From: Candidatus Poribacteria bacterium
GTDB taxonomy: Bacteria; Poribacteria; WGA-4E; JAJDTR01
Length of the DNA stretch: 64,000 bases
Direction of reading: 5' to 3'
NCBI GenBank assembly: GCA_965222225.1
Contig: CBDCTK010000002.1
Span: 1,824,001 to 1,888,000, forward strand
The notes under the pieces were generated by a model. The model was not told where the DNA came from. It saw nothing but the letters and a program-made list of their open reading frames with translations, and did not search any database. Position numbers and translations under genes: made by a program. Of this stretch, positions 18,654 through 28,884 are shown one piece after another. Every line of letters starts with the position of its first letter. The first letter of the stretch is position 1.

Positions 18654-21600
18654 CTACGATTTGTCAACTTCATGTGTGCATACATCCTCGTGGCTATCAA
18701 TCGCTGGCAAACCGACGAACATGCGGCTATCAATATCTGCAAGTGGTTCCACTGACCCCGTTACCGCCGCACGCGCAAAGACAATCCCGGGGCGATTGGC
18801 TTGCATTGCCCGACCGAGCACCGAAGCCTGATCGCCGATAGGGTTATTGCGTTTCACGCTGCGTCCAAGTTCTGCAATTTCACGTTGAACTCTGACTAGG
18901 GCTTCCCAGTGGCGGTGTGCAACTGCACGAAGATCTTCCGGTCTCAGTCCCTCCCGATAACTGCGCCGGACATTGGGCGGAGTCGGAAGACCGTATTTCG
19001 TACTGTTCCATCGCACAACCATCTGGGAGAATGATTCGAGTCTGCCCTGTGCAAGGCTTTTCACTGCGAGCAATTGTGGACCCACGTCATTGTCGCTGAA
19101 GTCCTTTCGAGTTGCGAGTTGCTCGTTCATTTCCTCGGTGTATGCCTCCCACGCCACTTCATCGTGATCCGGAGGCAAAGGCTCTCTTTCCAAGCTTTCA
19201 CCAATGAATGGACTAATTGACGCGCCTGATTCCTTCGCTAGGTCAAAACCGCGCTTCATCAATTCCTGAATGGTACAGAGCGTTTTCGTGGCGCCGTCAC
19301 GTTCCAAGACAATCTGCAGTGCCCATCCGAGCGTATTTCGCGTAATAAATCCTTCAGGTGCGTCCACGTCAACGCCCGTTAGCCTTGAGATTTCCGCGCG
19401 TCCATCTGCGGTCAGGCTCAGATTTGCAAGCCCCCACATCGGATCCAGTGCCGGTATAAGGGCTTCAAGCAATCCAGGATCGCGATTAAGTCTTGGACGG
19501 AGTCCGCGTGTAGTCGAAAATATCGGAAGCACGGAGTCTAGCGCTCCCGGGTCGCGTTCAAGATGCGAAACGAGGGTAAGTTTTTCTCGCGCCTCGGTTT
19601 GTGCAGCCTCGGTAATTGGCAGAATTACTGCGGCTTGATCTCCGTCAAAATCCACATTCATAGGCCTACAGACAACGGGTGGGATATGGATGGCATTGTC
19701 CTGGCGCCGTACCGGTCGAAATGCGAGAAACTGGGTTGGTGTTATAGCGGGAGCGCGATACAGAATCACCCACGAGCGGTTCATGATGGTATCAAGTGCT
19801 TGTGATGCATCTTTGGTTCGTTTACTGACTTCCACAGAGTTTTGAATCTCTCGTGTCACTATTGGTCCGAAAAGCTTCCATGCCATCTCTTCAGGAATTC
19901 CAATTTGATCGTGCTGTAGGCGAATATCCGGGACAATCACCCCCCGTCCGCTAAAAACTGACCGCGTGTTGAAGGCGAGATGACGGTGGGTAACGAGCAC
20001 GTCAAAATATTCTCGAACGCAAGATTCTAGCTGATAAAGCGTCTGACGAATGAGACTCTCGGGCGCATTGTTAGCAAGCATTCGATTTGCTCGATCGTTG
20101 ACCGTAACAAGGTTCTCGTAAGCAGTGGAAATGTTGGTATTTACGATTCTCGTCTCGTCAATCCACCATGCATTGTTGTATTCGCGCGGACTTGATGCGG
20201 TTCCGAAAAAGTCGCCATCTTCAGGGACGCCCACCTCGTCGATTGTATGCTGGCGCAGCCAAGGATGAGGAATTGGACGAGCTAGTTTGAGCGATTCGCC
20301 ATCAGGCGGCTTGAGACGGAATTTCATCGTCGGATAGCTCCTAGTCCCATCTCCCGATCCTAATGGGTGCGAGCCCTCAAGTTCGGTGCGAATGCCAGCG
20401 AAGGCAAGACGCTTCATCAGATTGACAAACCGCGGGGCAAAGCCAGCATGTTGTTCAACTTCTCCACGGGCGACACGATCCGCGAGTGTATTTATATCTA
20501 CCCAGTCTGTAGAGCAAGTATGGTAACGTTCATAAAGATTGTTGAAAACAGCAAGATTGCGCAAGACACTATACTCGATGTTACCTAACCCCTGGCCGTA
20601 AGTCAGTCCCTCACGAGCGGGCCTAATTTTCTCCCGCGCAATGTGGCGTACACGCCCCCAATACACCCAACCAACCGTGCTAGGGCGCTCGAGTCTTTTC
20701 CCATTCTTACCGAGTGTGAGGTATTCCATGCCATTCTCGGGCAGTCTCGCACGTTTCAGACGCTTGCTTAACTCTTCAATGCTTGGGGCACCAAAGGAGG
20801 GTACGATTATTGGTTCTCCTTCAACTTTCGCGACGCGGCTCATGATTGCTTCCCTTAATTGTCCAACGTTCATCCGTGTCTGCACGCCAAACGAGTTGTA
20901 AACAATTTCAACCGGAGTTCCCTCAGTGAGATGTGGCATTTCATCGTCCGGCACAATGCGGGAAATGCAGCCTTTCGAGCCGTGACGGTTCGCAAATGCA
21001 TCGCCGGGTTCAACAGGATAGGGGTAACTGAAACGATTCGCACACGACTCGCTAATGACGATTGCATCCTCGAAAGTATCAACTCCCCACGGTACAAAAG
21101 CCGTCAGTACATTTCGTCCGCACCAAAATCTGTCGGCATCAAAACTATTCTCGGTCTGAACAAGTGCGGGTTCGGGGTCAGGCGGAACGTAGAATTGACG
21201 CTGCATGCCCAGCCCCATTTGCTGATGGTTTGGGTCGTTGTGCTCGATAAACGGCACAAGCGAAGCACTGAGTCCGAGTCCGGCTTCCGGCCGATTATCG
21301 ACGACGATTAGCTTGCCATCGCGAATCTCTGCTCCAACTGCGATGCTCAAAATCTTACCAACACTTGGTCCCTCAGGTGTTTCATATGGACACACGCGAC
21401 TAAAATAACTCGGATTCATGACACGATTTTGCCATTCAACACGGATGCGGCGAAGATTGGTTTGTCGATCAAGCCAGTTGAAACTCTGAAGGCGCCGGAT
21501 GGATGGTTGACTCGCGAAGAATTCGAGAACCCATGTGTGGAGCGAAAACCAAGATTTAACGAGCGAGGCATCCCATGAAAAATCGGGAGGAGTGCTTCCT

Positions 21601-21935
21601 AGGCGCTCCGCGATGAAATCGCACAGTTGCTCGCCGACACATTTTATCTCGGCGGCGGCGAGATCTTCATTTTGAGCGATTGGCAGGACGATTCGCTCCT
21701 TACCATCAATATTGAATACCCCGTCATCATCTGGCTGTGGAATGTCGGTATACGATTCGTCTAGGTTGCCCGAACCGAATCCAAATGCAATCTCAATGCG
21801 ACAAGTATACGTACTTGTTGATTCAACGTGATAGCCAGCCAGCGGCATACGCACCGCGAGAAGTTCTGGTAGCCGATTGTTGGTGAATCGGTTAAACGAT
21901 TCTTTGTGCCAAAAAGCGGTAATATTGCGGGACAT
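18654..21935 (-). CDS. Miniaturised single-chain RNA polymerase beta-beta' (RpoB-RpoC) fusion paralogue
   Basis: Collinear RpoB motifs (CPYETPEGP, SLVPFIEHND, MQRQ, FEDAIVIS, NRHGSKG, TRMNVGQ) followed by RpoC motifs (FSGRGVI, YRAP, NVDFDGDQ, SYREGL) in 1093 aa; AGGAG RBS. Confidence 0.9.
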   Translation of the reverse strand: MSRNITAFWHKESFNRFTNNRLPELLAVRMPLAGYHVESTSTYTCRIEIAFGFGSGNLDESYTDIPQPDDDGVFNIDGKERIVLPIAQNEDLAAAEIKCVGEQLCDFIAERLGSTPPDFSWDASLVKSWFSLHTWVLEFFASQPSIRRLQSFNWLDRQTNLRRIRVEWQNRVMNPSYFSRVCPYETPEGPSVGKILSIAVGAEIRDGKLIVVDNRPEAGLGLSASLVPFIEHNDPNHQQMGLGMQRQFYVPPDPEPALVQTENSFDADRFWCGRNVLTAFVPWGVDTFEDAIVISESCANRFSYPYPVEPGDAFANRHGSKGCISRIVPDDEMPHLTEGTPVEIVYNSFGVQTRMNVGQLREAIMSRVAKVEGEPIIVPSFGAPSIEELSKRLKRARLPENGMEYLTLGKNGKRLERPSTVGWVYWGRVRHIAREKIRPAREGLTYGQGLGNIEYSVLRNLAVFNNLYERYHTCSTDWVDINTLADRVARGEVEQHAGFAPRFVNLMKRLAFAGIRTELEGSHPLGSGDGTRSYPTMKFRLKPPDGESLKLARPIPHPWLRQHTIDEVGVPEDGDFFGTASSPREYNNAWWIDETRIVNTNISTAYENLVTVNDRANRMLANNAPESLIRQTLYQLESCVREYFDVLVTHRHLAFNTRSVFSGRGVIVPDIRLQHDQIGIPEEMAWKLFGPIVTREIQNSVEVSKRTKDASQALDTIMNRSWVILYRAPAITPTQFLAFRPVRRQDNAIHIPPVVCRPMNVDFDGDQAAVILPITEAAQTEAREKLTLVSHLERDPGALDSVLPIFSTTRGLRPRLNRDPGLLEALIPALDPMWGLANLSLTADGRAEISRLTGVDVDAPEGFITRNTLGWALQIVLERDGATKTLCTIQELMKRGFDLAKESGASISPFIGESLEREPLPPDHDEVAWEAYTEEMNEQLATRKDFSDNDVGPQLLAVKSLAQGRLESFSQMVVRWNSTKYGLPTPPNVRRSYREGLRPEDLRAVAHRHWEALVRVQREIAELGRSVKRNNPIGDQASVLGRAMQANRPGIVFARAAVTGSVEPLADIDSRMFVGLPAIDSHEDVCTHEVDKS

Positions 21936-22019
21936 TCTTTTCTCCTATCAAGAATTCAGGATCCGACATGTAGAGATTCGTTTTAGGTTCTTAATACCAT
22001 AGCCGGTCCTGATTTGTCC

Positions 22020-22625
22020 TCACCATTCATGCCATTCAATGCCAAGTTCCTTCCATTCGCGTGCGAGACGTTTCAGTGTATAGTGCAAACGCGATTTGAC
22101 TGTGCCTATTGGGACACCGAGTTCATCAGCGACCTGCCGAATGTCCATTTCTGCACCGTAGACGAGGTGAAGAACCTCTCGCTTCTCATCGGGCAAGTCG
22201 TCTACAAGTTCCCATAGGAATTCGGACTGTTCGGCTTGTTCAAGCATCACTTGAGGGTCTGGCGATGCGCTGTCGATTAACCAGGTTGGCATCTGTGTAA
22301 GAGCGCCATCTTCGTCATCATAGGGCTCTTCGGGAACTTCAAGTGGCTGCTGTCTGCGTCGATGCACCGTTCGAAGGTGATTAAGGGCGAGATTGGTCGC
22401 AATGCGGTAAAGCCATGACTTCAATTCGCCGCGTCCATCCCACTGTGCCGCACATGTCCATACCCGAAGGAAAACCTCTTGGACCAAATCTTCAGTGGCA
22501 CCTTCGTCTCGGACAGTACGCAGGATGTGCTTGTAGAGGACGTGCCTGTAGCGCTCAAAAAGGATTTCAAACGCAATGGTATTTCGCCCGCGAATCTGCT
22601 CAATGAGTTCCCGATCAGATTGCAT
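22020..22625 (-). CDS. ECF RNA polymerase sigma-70 factor directly upstream of the mini-RNAP gene
   Basis: EDLVQEVFLRVW, KSWLYRIATN, VADELGVPIGTVKSRLHY motifs; AAAGGA RBS. Confidence 0.94.
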   Translation of the reverse strand: MQSDRELIEQIRGRNTIAFEILFERYRHVLYKHILRTVRDEGATEDLVQEVFLRVWTCAAQWDGRGELKSWLYRIATNLALNHLRTVHRRRQQPLEVPEEPYDDEDGALTQMPTWLIDSASPDPQVMLEQAEQSEFLWELVDDLPDEKREVLHLVYGAEMDIRQVADELGVPIGTVKSRLHYTLKRLAREWKELGIEWHEW

Positions 22626-22656
22626 CGACAGAATCCTTTCGTCGGGTTTCCACTGT

Positions 22657-22686
22657 GGATGACACCGCAGGATGGACGACGGTTCA
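22657..22686 (-). promoter_or_regulatory. Putative ECF-type (autoregulatory) promoter
   Basis: TGAACC-N17-GTCATC about 30 nt upstream of the sigma start codon; matches the generic ECF GAAC...GTC pattern. Confidence 0.5.
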
Positions 22687-22771
22687 CTAGGGAATCAAAA
22701 ATCGGTTTTTCAGATGGGGAAAAAGGAAGGCTGGAACGAGAGGGGTTCAAATGCTAGTGGCAAGTTGTGCA

Positions 22772-23503
22772 TCAGGTTTTCCCACAGATCATCGCCGTAA
22801 TCCAGCAGAGACGGTTTAGCAGTGGACACAACTTAAGAAGACCGCCATCAATCGCTCTAAGGCTCTTTAATTTCAGTCGATAGATTGGTGCAACGGGGAG
22901 AAGATGCTTCCAGAATAGTGCACCCACTGACAGAAGGTGAAACTCACGATGTTGCAGACAATCGAAATGTCCACCTAATTTCGCGACATCCGCCATCGAA
23001 AAATAGTGCACATTCGCGGAATATTCGAGGAAAAACTTGCGGTACAACCAGATTACGGGATGGCTGCGCATGTTTTCGATAAAAATGGCTTTGCCTCCCG
23101 GTTTAAGTACGCGATAACATTCTTCCGCGGTGCGTTCATGATCCGTAAAAATAAGCACAGATTTCGATATGACGAAGTCAAACGCGTTGTCCCAGAAGGC
23201 GAGTTGCATCGCATCCATCAGCACAAACTCCACCGAACCAATTACGCCATGCTTTATCGCACGTTCTTCTGCCTCAACCAAGCGGAATGGGAGAAGATCG
23301 ATTCCTGTAACAGTAGCGCCATGCTTGGCTAGCATAACAGCAGTGCCGCCCGTTCCTGCGCCGAGTTCGAGAATCCGTTTGCCACGTAAATCCCCCATCT
23401 GCCGAAACATGTACTCAAAAGCAGGGAGATAGAAATCATGCCGCCATAACAGGAGATCCCGATCTGGACGAATTGCTACACCGCCTTTGTTCGCTAGTTC
23501 CAT
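22772..23503 (-). CDS. Class I SAM-dependent methyltransferase
   Basis: ILELGAGTG, FDFVIS and RVLKPGG motifs. Confidence 0.92.
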   Translation of the reverse strand: MELANKGGVAIRPDRDLLLWRHDFYLPAFEYMFRQMGDLRGKRILELGAGTGGTAVMLAKHGATVTGIDLLPFRLVEAEERAIKHGVIGSVEFVLMDAMQLAFWDNAFDFVISKSVLIFTDHERTAEECYRVLKPGGKAIFIENMRSHPVIWLYRKFFLEYSANVHYFSMADVAKLGGHFDCLQHREFHLLSVGALFWKHLLPVAPIYRLKLKSLRAIDGGLLKLCPLLNRLCWITAMICGKT

Positions 23504-23747
23504 TAGCTACCTTTGGTTGATTGATCAATTCCGGAAAAATTATTATCTACGCCAGCTCGTACGCGAGTTTGTCTACACAAGTCTATTTCTTGAAGTGATT
23601 AAGACGATTGGATGAACTGGATTGAAAGGATGGAAATATGCAAGATTCTTGATTTCCTTCCAACCTTCCCTTCCTGTCTTCTACTCCTCCACGTCACCCT
23701 CACAATGCAAAATTCAATCTCTAAACTTGCATACGCTAGTGAAAAAC

Positions 23748-24038
23748 TTAAATGACATCGTTTTTCTTTCGCACCTTAGTCACAATCACGAGAATGATGA
23801 TGACCACAATACTGACAATCCACCAATTGTGCACGAAGAAACTCCAAAAAAGATTGAAACCGATCCAGACCAGAATTTCAATAGCCAAGATTATGCACGC
23901 TTTCGACCACGGGAACTCGGCGTAACGCCGTCGATATTTCGCCGAAAGCCACCACGAAAGTGCGACTGTTCCGAGAACAACAACAAGAAAGAGTAAATTT
24001 ACTAATGTTTGGATACCGCCTAAAATGGACGCAATCAT
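23748..24038 (-). CDS. Small membrane protein (about 3 TM)
   Basis: AAGGAG RBS, three hydrophobic stretches, basic C-terminus. Confidence 0.75.
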   Translation of the reverse strand: MIASILGGIQTLVNLLFLVVVLGTVALSWWLSAKYRRRYAEFPWSKACIILAIEILVWIGFNLFWSFFVHNWWIVSIVVIIILVIVTKVRKKNDVI

Positions 24039-24077
24039 TCAATCTGTCTCCTTTTCGATTATCCAGTTGCTAACACT

Positions 24078-24932
24078 TCACAGTACAAGATTGTTGCCAT
24101 TCTCGGATATAGGTTGTTGAATTCGTTCGGGACAACTGTATACGGTCATGCGATTTCCGCGCATAAAACCGATGAGTGCCATGCCGCTTTCTTGAGCCAA
24201 ATCGACTGCAAGGGTCGATCCGGCGGAAACCGCTACGACCACCGGTATGCGCGCAAATAGTGCCTTCTGCACAATCTCAAAGCTGGCACGACCACTTACC
24301 ATCAGGATATGATTATCAAGCGGGAACATCTCGACGAGCAATGCCTGTCCAATTACTTTATCCACCGCATTGTGCCTCCCGATATCTTCTCGAATGATTA
24401 GCAGCTCCCCGTCCGCAGTGAATAGTCCCGCGGCATGTAGCCCGCCTGTCGCCTCAAAGACAGATTGCGCAGACCGCAGCAGATTATTCAGCGTGTAGAC
24501 AATCTCTGGATCAATTCGAAGTTGAGATTCAATCGGTGGAACCGCCTGCCGTACAGATTCAATCGTCATCTTGCCGCACAACCCGCAACTTGCATTTGCA
24601 TGAAAGTTACGCTGCCAACCATCTTCCGATTCGGCATCCCAACCATTCGTGAGATTCACATTAATGATGTTCTGTAGGTCTACTTGTTCTACATCTTCAC
24701 AGTAAGCGATTGTTCCAATATCGTCAACAGACTTGATAATGCCCTCGGTATAAAGCAACCCCGCGGCAAGTTCAAAGTCCTGTCCAGGCGTCCGCATCAC
24801 AACAATCAAACTCTGGCCGCCAACACGAATTTCAATCGGCTCTTCGACAACCAGTTGGTCTTCAACGAATGACGAACGGCAATCGTGCCAACGTGCGACC
24901 TTCCGTTTGAGTGTAGGTTGTTGCGATGTCAT
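24078..24932 (-). CDS. fdhD: Formate dehydrogenase accessory sulfurtransferase FdhD
   Basis: VEEP, MRTPG, SCGLCG, TGGLHAA, EDIGRHNAVDK, SGRASFE motifs. Confidence 0.95.
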   Translation of the reverse strand: MTSQQPTLKRKVARWHDCRSSFVEDQLVVEEPIEIRVGGQSLIVVMRTPGQDFELAAGLLYTEGIIKSVDDIGTIAYCEDVEQVDLQNIINVNLTNGWDAESEDGWQRNFHANASCGLCGKMTIESVRQAVPPIESQLRIDPEIVYTLNNLLRSAQSVFEATGGLHAAGLFTADGELLIIREDIGRHNAVDKVIGQALLVEMFPLDNHILMVSGRASFEIVQKALFARIPVVVAVSAGSTLAVDLAQESGMALIGFMRGNRMTVYSCPERIQQPISENGNNLVL

Positions 24933-24981
24933 AGATCTGTCGCATTCCTTATTCTAACGAGAAGTTAATGAATAAGCTAGA

Positions 24982-25359
24982 CTATCCCCAACTCCCATCT
25001 TTTCGCTTGTGGATGAAGATTGGATTTCCTCCCGGGGCAGTCATCATCTCTACGTGACAGGTAGAGAGTTCATTCGGCCCCCACTCGACATCCACACCAT
25101 TCTTACTCAATTCCTTAACCGTGCCGTCGAAATCGTCTACAGCCAAGGCGAGCCCTGCGCCGCCTCTGCCGTTTTCTAGCGGTGCACCCAGATAGGTGCC
25201 GAACAGCACCAATGCTATTGGAGACAGCGAGAACTCCGCCCAATTCCAGTCAGGATTGTGCAACTCCAACTTTAGACCAAGGGTATCTCGATAGAATGAA
25301 ACCGCTTCCTCAAGGTTGGGAACATAATGTACGACGAAGTCCACGCCATGAATCGCCAC
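24982..25359 (-). CDS. VOC/glyoxalase family protein
   Basis: AVSFYRDTLGL, LAVDD and PGGN motifs; GTG start with AAGGAG RBS. Confidence 0.85.
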   Translation of the reverse strand: MAIHGVDFVVHYVPNLEEAVSFYRDTLGLKLELHNPDWNWAEFSLSPIALVLFGTYLGAPLENGRGGAGLALAVDDFDGTVKELSKNGVDVEWGPNELSTCHVEMMTAPGGNPIFIHKRKDGSWG

Positions 25360-25788
25360 ACTGTTGAACTCCTTCGATCAAACTTCAGAAATTGATTACC
25401 GAAACAAAGGTGCAATGATTGGGTTGGCCTAATGCCCTAAGTGATAGGATTTACGGTTTTCGGACTTTTGTATCTCGACTTATCGGGGGTGCGAATCTTT
25501 CCTATGGCAATCAATAGCCAGACTTCGAGTCTCTCCGTCTTTGACTGCGCCAGACTTGAATATTGGTAAAGGCTAGCAAGAATTGTCAATCGAACAGCAA
25601 CACCGAAGTAAGGATTTTTCGACGCCTGCAGAACAAATGAAAGGGGCACAACTGGCGATCGATTTGCAGCAACTGACGCTACATCTGATAGATTTCACCC
25701 TCCGCGGGCAAATACTACAACACCAGTACGTGTTATCAGATTCCCAGAAGTAGATAGGATTATGGGTGCGCGTGTTTATGGGTAAGCC

Positions 25789-27093
25789 TTACTCTCGGTC
25801 GTCCTCGAAACGAACTTCCATCGCTGCCGCATGGCCATCCAGGCCCTCAATCTGTGCCAGTTTTACGACCGATGGTGTAACTCTTTTCAAGGCTGTCCTA
25901 GTATAAGAGATTACGCTTGTCTTCTTTAGAAAATCGTCTACACTCAGCGGAGATGCGAATCTCGCCGAGCCTCCGGTCGGCAGAATGTGGTTTGGGCCAG
26001 CAATATAATCGCCAACAGACTCTGGCGTGTAAGGTCCAACCATAATTGCGCCAGCATTACGAATGGCACCAATCCACTCGAACGGTTCTTCTATCTCCAG
26101 TTCCACGTGCTCCGGCGCGATTTCGTTAGCAAGCGCTACAGCTTCATTCAAATCATCAACGACGAATGCCACGCCGTAGTTGCCGAAGGCGCCGACGACT
26201 TCAATCTGACGCGCCAATTTTGCCGCTTGCAACTCAATCTCTGACCTCACCTGCTCGGCAACTCCTCTTGACGTAGTGACGAGGATTGCAGAGCAATCTT
26301 CACTATGCTCGGCTTGTGAAATGAGATCCGCGGCAACGTAGGCAGGATTGGCTGAATCATCGGCGATTACCAGCACCTCACTCGGCCCTGCCAATTTGTC
26401 TATGCCCACCGTGCCGTAGACCGCTTTCTTAGCTAGCTGGACGTATAGGTTGCCGGGTCCCACAATCTTGTCGACTTTGCGAATCGAATCCGTCCCGTAT
26501 GCCATCGCCCCGACCGCTTGTGCACCGCCGCATTTGTATATCTCGTGAATATCACACTCCGCCGCGGTGACAAGCATATGCGGATCAATCTTCCGATTTG
26601 GTGCAGGGGCAATGAAAGCTGCAATTTCCTCTACTCCCGCAACTTTAGGAGGCACCACATTCATGATTAGCGAAGAAACCAATAATTGGCTTGCAGCCGG
26701 CACGCAGACGCCAACACGCCGTAACGGACGGATGACATGTCCTAGAAGAACACCATCATCTTCGGTTGTTATCCACGAATTCCGCAACTGTTTCTGATGA
26801 AACCGTTCAATATTGGTACGCGCATGTTTGATTGCATCAAGGAATTCCGAGTCAACCAGGGAATATGCCTTGTTGATTTCCCGCTCGCTTACCCGCAATT
26901 CCTTGACAGAGATGCGGGGCGCATCCAACTTTCGGGTATATTTGATTACTGCTTTGTCCCCATTTTTCCGCACGTCCTCCAGAATACGATTCACAGTTCG
27001 CAAGACATTTTCGTCCTGGAGTTGTCCGCGATGCCGCAACCTTTCAAGGAACTCTTTTGCTTCTTGGGAACTGGACTCAAGAATCCTAATCAT
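25789..27093 (-). CDS. hisD: Histidinol dehydrogenase
   Basis: GGAQA, KIVGPGN, AGPSE, SQAEH, APEH, GDYIAGPNHILPT motifs. Confidence 0.97.
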   Translation of the reverse strand: MIRILESSSQEAKEFLERLRHRGQLQDENVLRTVNRILEDVRKNGDKAVIKYTRKLDAPRISVKELRVSEREINKAYSLVDSEFLDAIKHARTNIERFHQKQLRNSWITTEDDGVLLGHVIRPLRRVGVCVPAASQLLVSSLIMNVVPPKVAGVEEIAAFIAPAPNRKIDPHMLVTAAECDIHEIYKCGGAQAVGAMAYGTDSIRKVDKIVGPGNLYVQLAKKAVYGTVGIDKLAGPSEVLVIADDSANPAYVAADLISQAEHSEDCSAILVTTSRGVAEQVRSEIELQAAKLARQIEVVGAFGNYGVAFVVDDLNEAVALANEIAPEHVELEIEEPFEWIGAIRNAGAIMVGPYTPESVGDYIAGPNHILPTGGSARFASPLSVDDFLKKTSVISYTRTALKRVTPSVVKLAQIEGLDGHAAAMEVRFEDDRE

Positions 27094-27185
27094 CTGAACC
27101 TCGAAATATCCACGTCATGTACATCTATTTGGTTTACGCCGCGACAGGAGGTCGCAATGCCAAGGTCACTCCTACTTGATTCAGC

Positions 27186-28451
27186 CTATTCATCTATCCT
27201 GACAATATCTGCACCGATACCGGTTAGTTTCTCTTCAATCCGTTCATATCCGCGGTCAATATGATACACGCGAGAAACAACGGTCTCACCTTCTGCCGCC
27301 ATGCCTACAAGCACCAAGACGGCACCTGCCCGCAGGTCTGACGCCATGATGGGTGCACCGCTGAGTTTGGGCACCCCACGTACCGTCGCACGATTTCCGC
27401 GCACTCGAATGTCGGCTCCCATACGATTCAGTTCCGCAACATGCATAAACCGGTCGGTATGGATTGCTTCGGTAATAACGCTTGTACCTGCCACAACGCT
27501 CAGAAGACCCGTCATTTGAGCCTGCATATCGGTTGGAAACCCCGGAAACGGTTCAGTATTCAATTCAATAGCGCTGAGTTGGCGCGGGGTTGTCACGCGA
27601 ACACCATTTTCTTTCCAATCAAGCTGAACTCCTGTTTCGGACAGCGTTGCCGAGACGGCTTCAAGGTTTTTCTGCACGGCATCTTTCACAAACACATCTC
27701 CCCCGGTGATAGCGCCCGCTACCATGAAAGTGCCAGCTTCAATGTCATCCGGGACAATGCTGTATTCCGTTCCGCGCAACTGTTTCACGCCGTGTATTTT
27801 GAGAACTGACGTACCGATTCCCTCTATTTCTGCGCCCATCGCATTCAAAAAATTGGCGAGATCGGAAATGTGCGGTTCGCGTGCTGCATTCCGAATAACC
27901 GTTGTTCCCTCTGCCAAGGTTGCCGCCATCATAACATTCGCAGTCGCACCGACGCTCGGACCGTGGACGCCACCAAGATCCATGTCCGTCGCCACCAATC
28001 GGTCTGTTCGGGCGTGAATGTAGCCTCCCTTTATTTCAATCTGTGCTCCGAGTTGCTCTAAACCCTTTATATGAAGATCAATCGGCCGAGGACCAATAGC
28101 GCAGCCTCCCGGGAAGGAGACTTTAGCTCGACCAAGCCGCGCAAGGAGAGGCCCTAGCACATAGATTGAGGCGCGCATCTTCCGCACCAAATCGTAAGGT
28201 GCCTCATAAACAATATCGTTTCTAGGGGCAATATGGAGAGTTGAATCTCTGAACTTCGTGGCTGCGCCTAACACTTCCAGGACCGAACGCAGGGTTTCTA
28301 CATCTCTGAGATCCGGAACGTTGTTAATTACGCTTGCCCCATCTCCCAAAATTGATGCTGCAACCGCAATTGGTAGTGTTGCGTTTTTAGAGCCACTGAC
28401 CGACACCGTGCCTTCAAGCCGCTTGCCGCCTTTGATAACTAATTTATTCAT
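27186..28451 (-). CDS. murA: UDP-N-acetylglucosamine 1-carboxyvinyltransferase
   Basis: GSKNA, MRAS, PGGCAIGPRP, FPGFPTDMQAQ, HIDRGYE motifs. Confidence 0.97.
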   Translation of the reverse strand: MNKLVIKGGKRLEGTVSVSGSKNATLPIAVAASILGDGASVINNVPDLRDVETLRSVLEVLGAATKFRDSTLHIAPRNDIVYEAPYDLVRKMRASIYVLGPLLARLGRAKVSFPGGCAIGPRPIDLHIKGLEQLGAQIEIKGGYIHARTDRLVATDMDLGGVHGPSVGATANVMMAATLAEGTTVIRNAAREPHISDLANFLNAMGAEIEGIGTSVLKIHGVKQLRGTEYSIVPDDIEAGTFMVAGAITGGDVFVKDAVQKNLEAVSATLSETGVQLDWKENGVRVTTPRQLSAIELNTEPFPGFPTDMQAQMTGLLSVVAGTSVITEAIHTDRFMHVAELNRMGADIRVRGNRATVRGVPKLSGAPIMASDLRAGAVLVLVGMAAEGETVVSRVYHIDRGYERIEEKLTGIGADIVRIDE

Positions 28452-28884
28452 CGGTAATTCTCCTTAGAAACTCAATTGGTTCAATGCGTTCCTGACCGGA
28501 GTTCTTGCTGTATAGCGCATCAACGATGCCAACAGATCTCCGTTTCATTCGTGCGTACTACAGCGGGCAATGCGCTCAAAAATGTGTCGAAAACACCCCA
28601 TGTCACGGATTGCCGACGTTGGTGTCGGACGACAACCTGTTTCAAATGACTTGGCGGACAATTGCGGAGTGAAGTATATCCCAGATGACATGAGTAATCA
28701 AGATTATTCCCGTCGGGACACATATCAATTTCATCCGGTCATAGCAGATATGGGAATCAACGATTGTTAACCCTTTTCCGGCAGGAGTACTCCTTGTGCG
28801 CACACGTGCCGTGCGATTCTGTGAATCTAAGGATAATCGTAAGCCATCTGCGGAATAAGGGGGTATTCACACAACTAGGGGCAG

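Noticed and set aside
18654-21935. Labelling this gene as housekeeping rpoB or rpoC
   Set aside because: It is about 40% of the combined length, highly diverged, lacks essential modules and is not in the rplL-rpoBC context.
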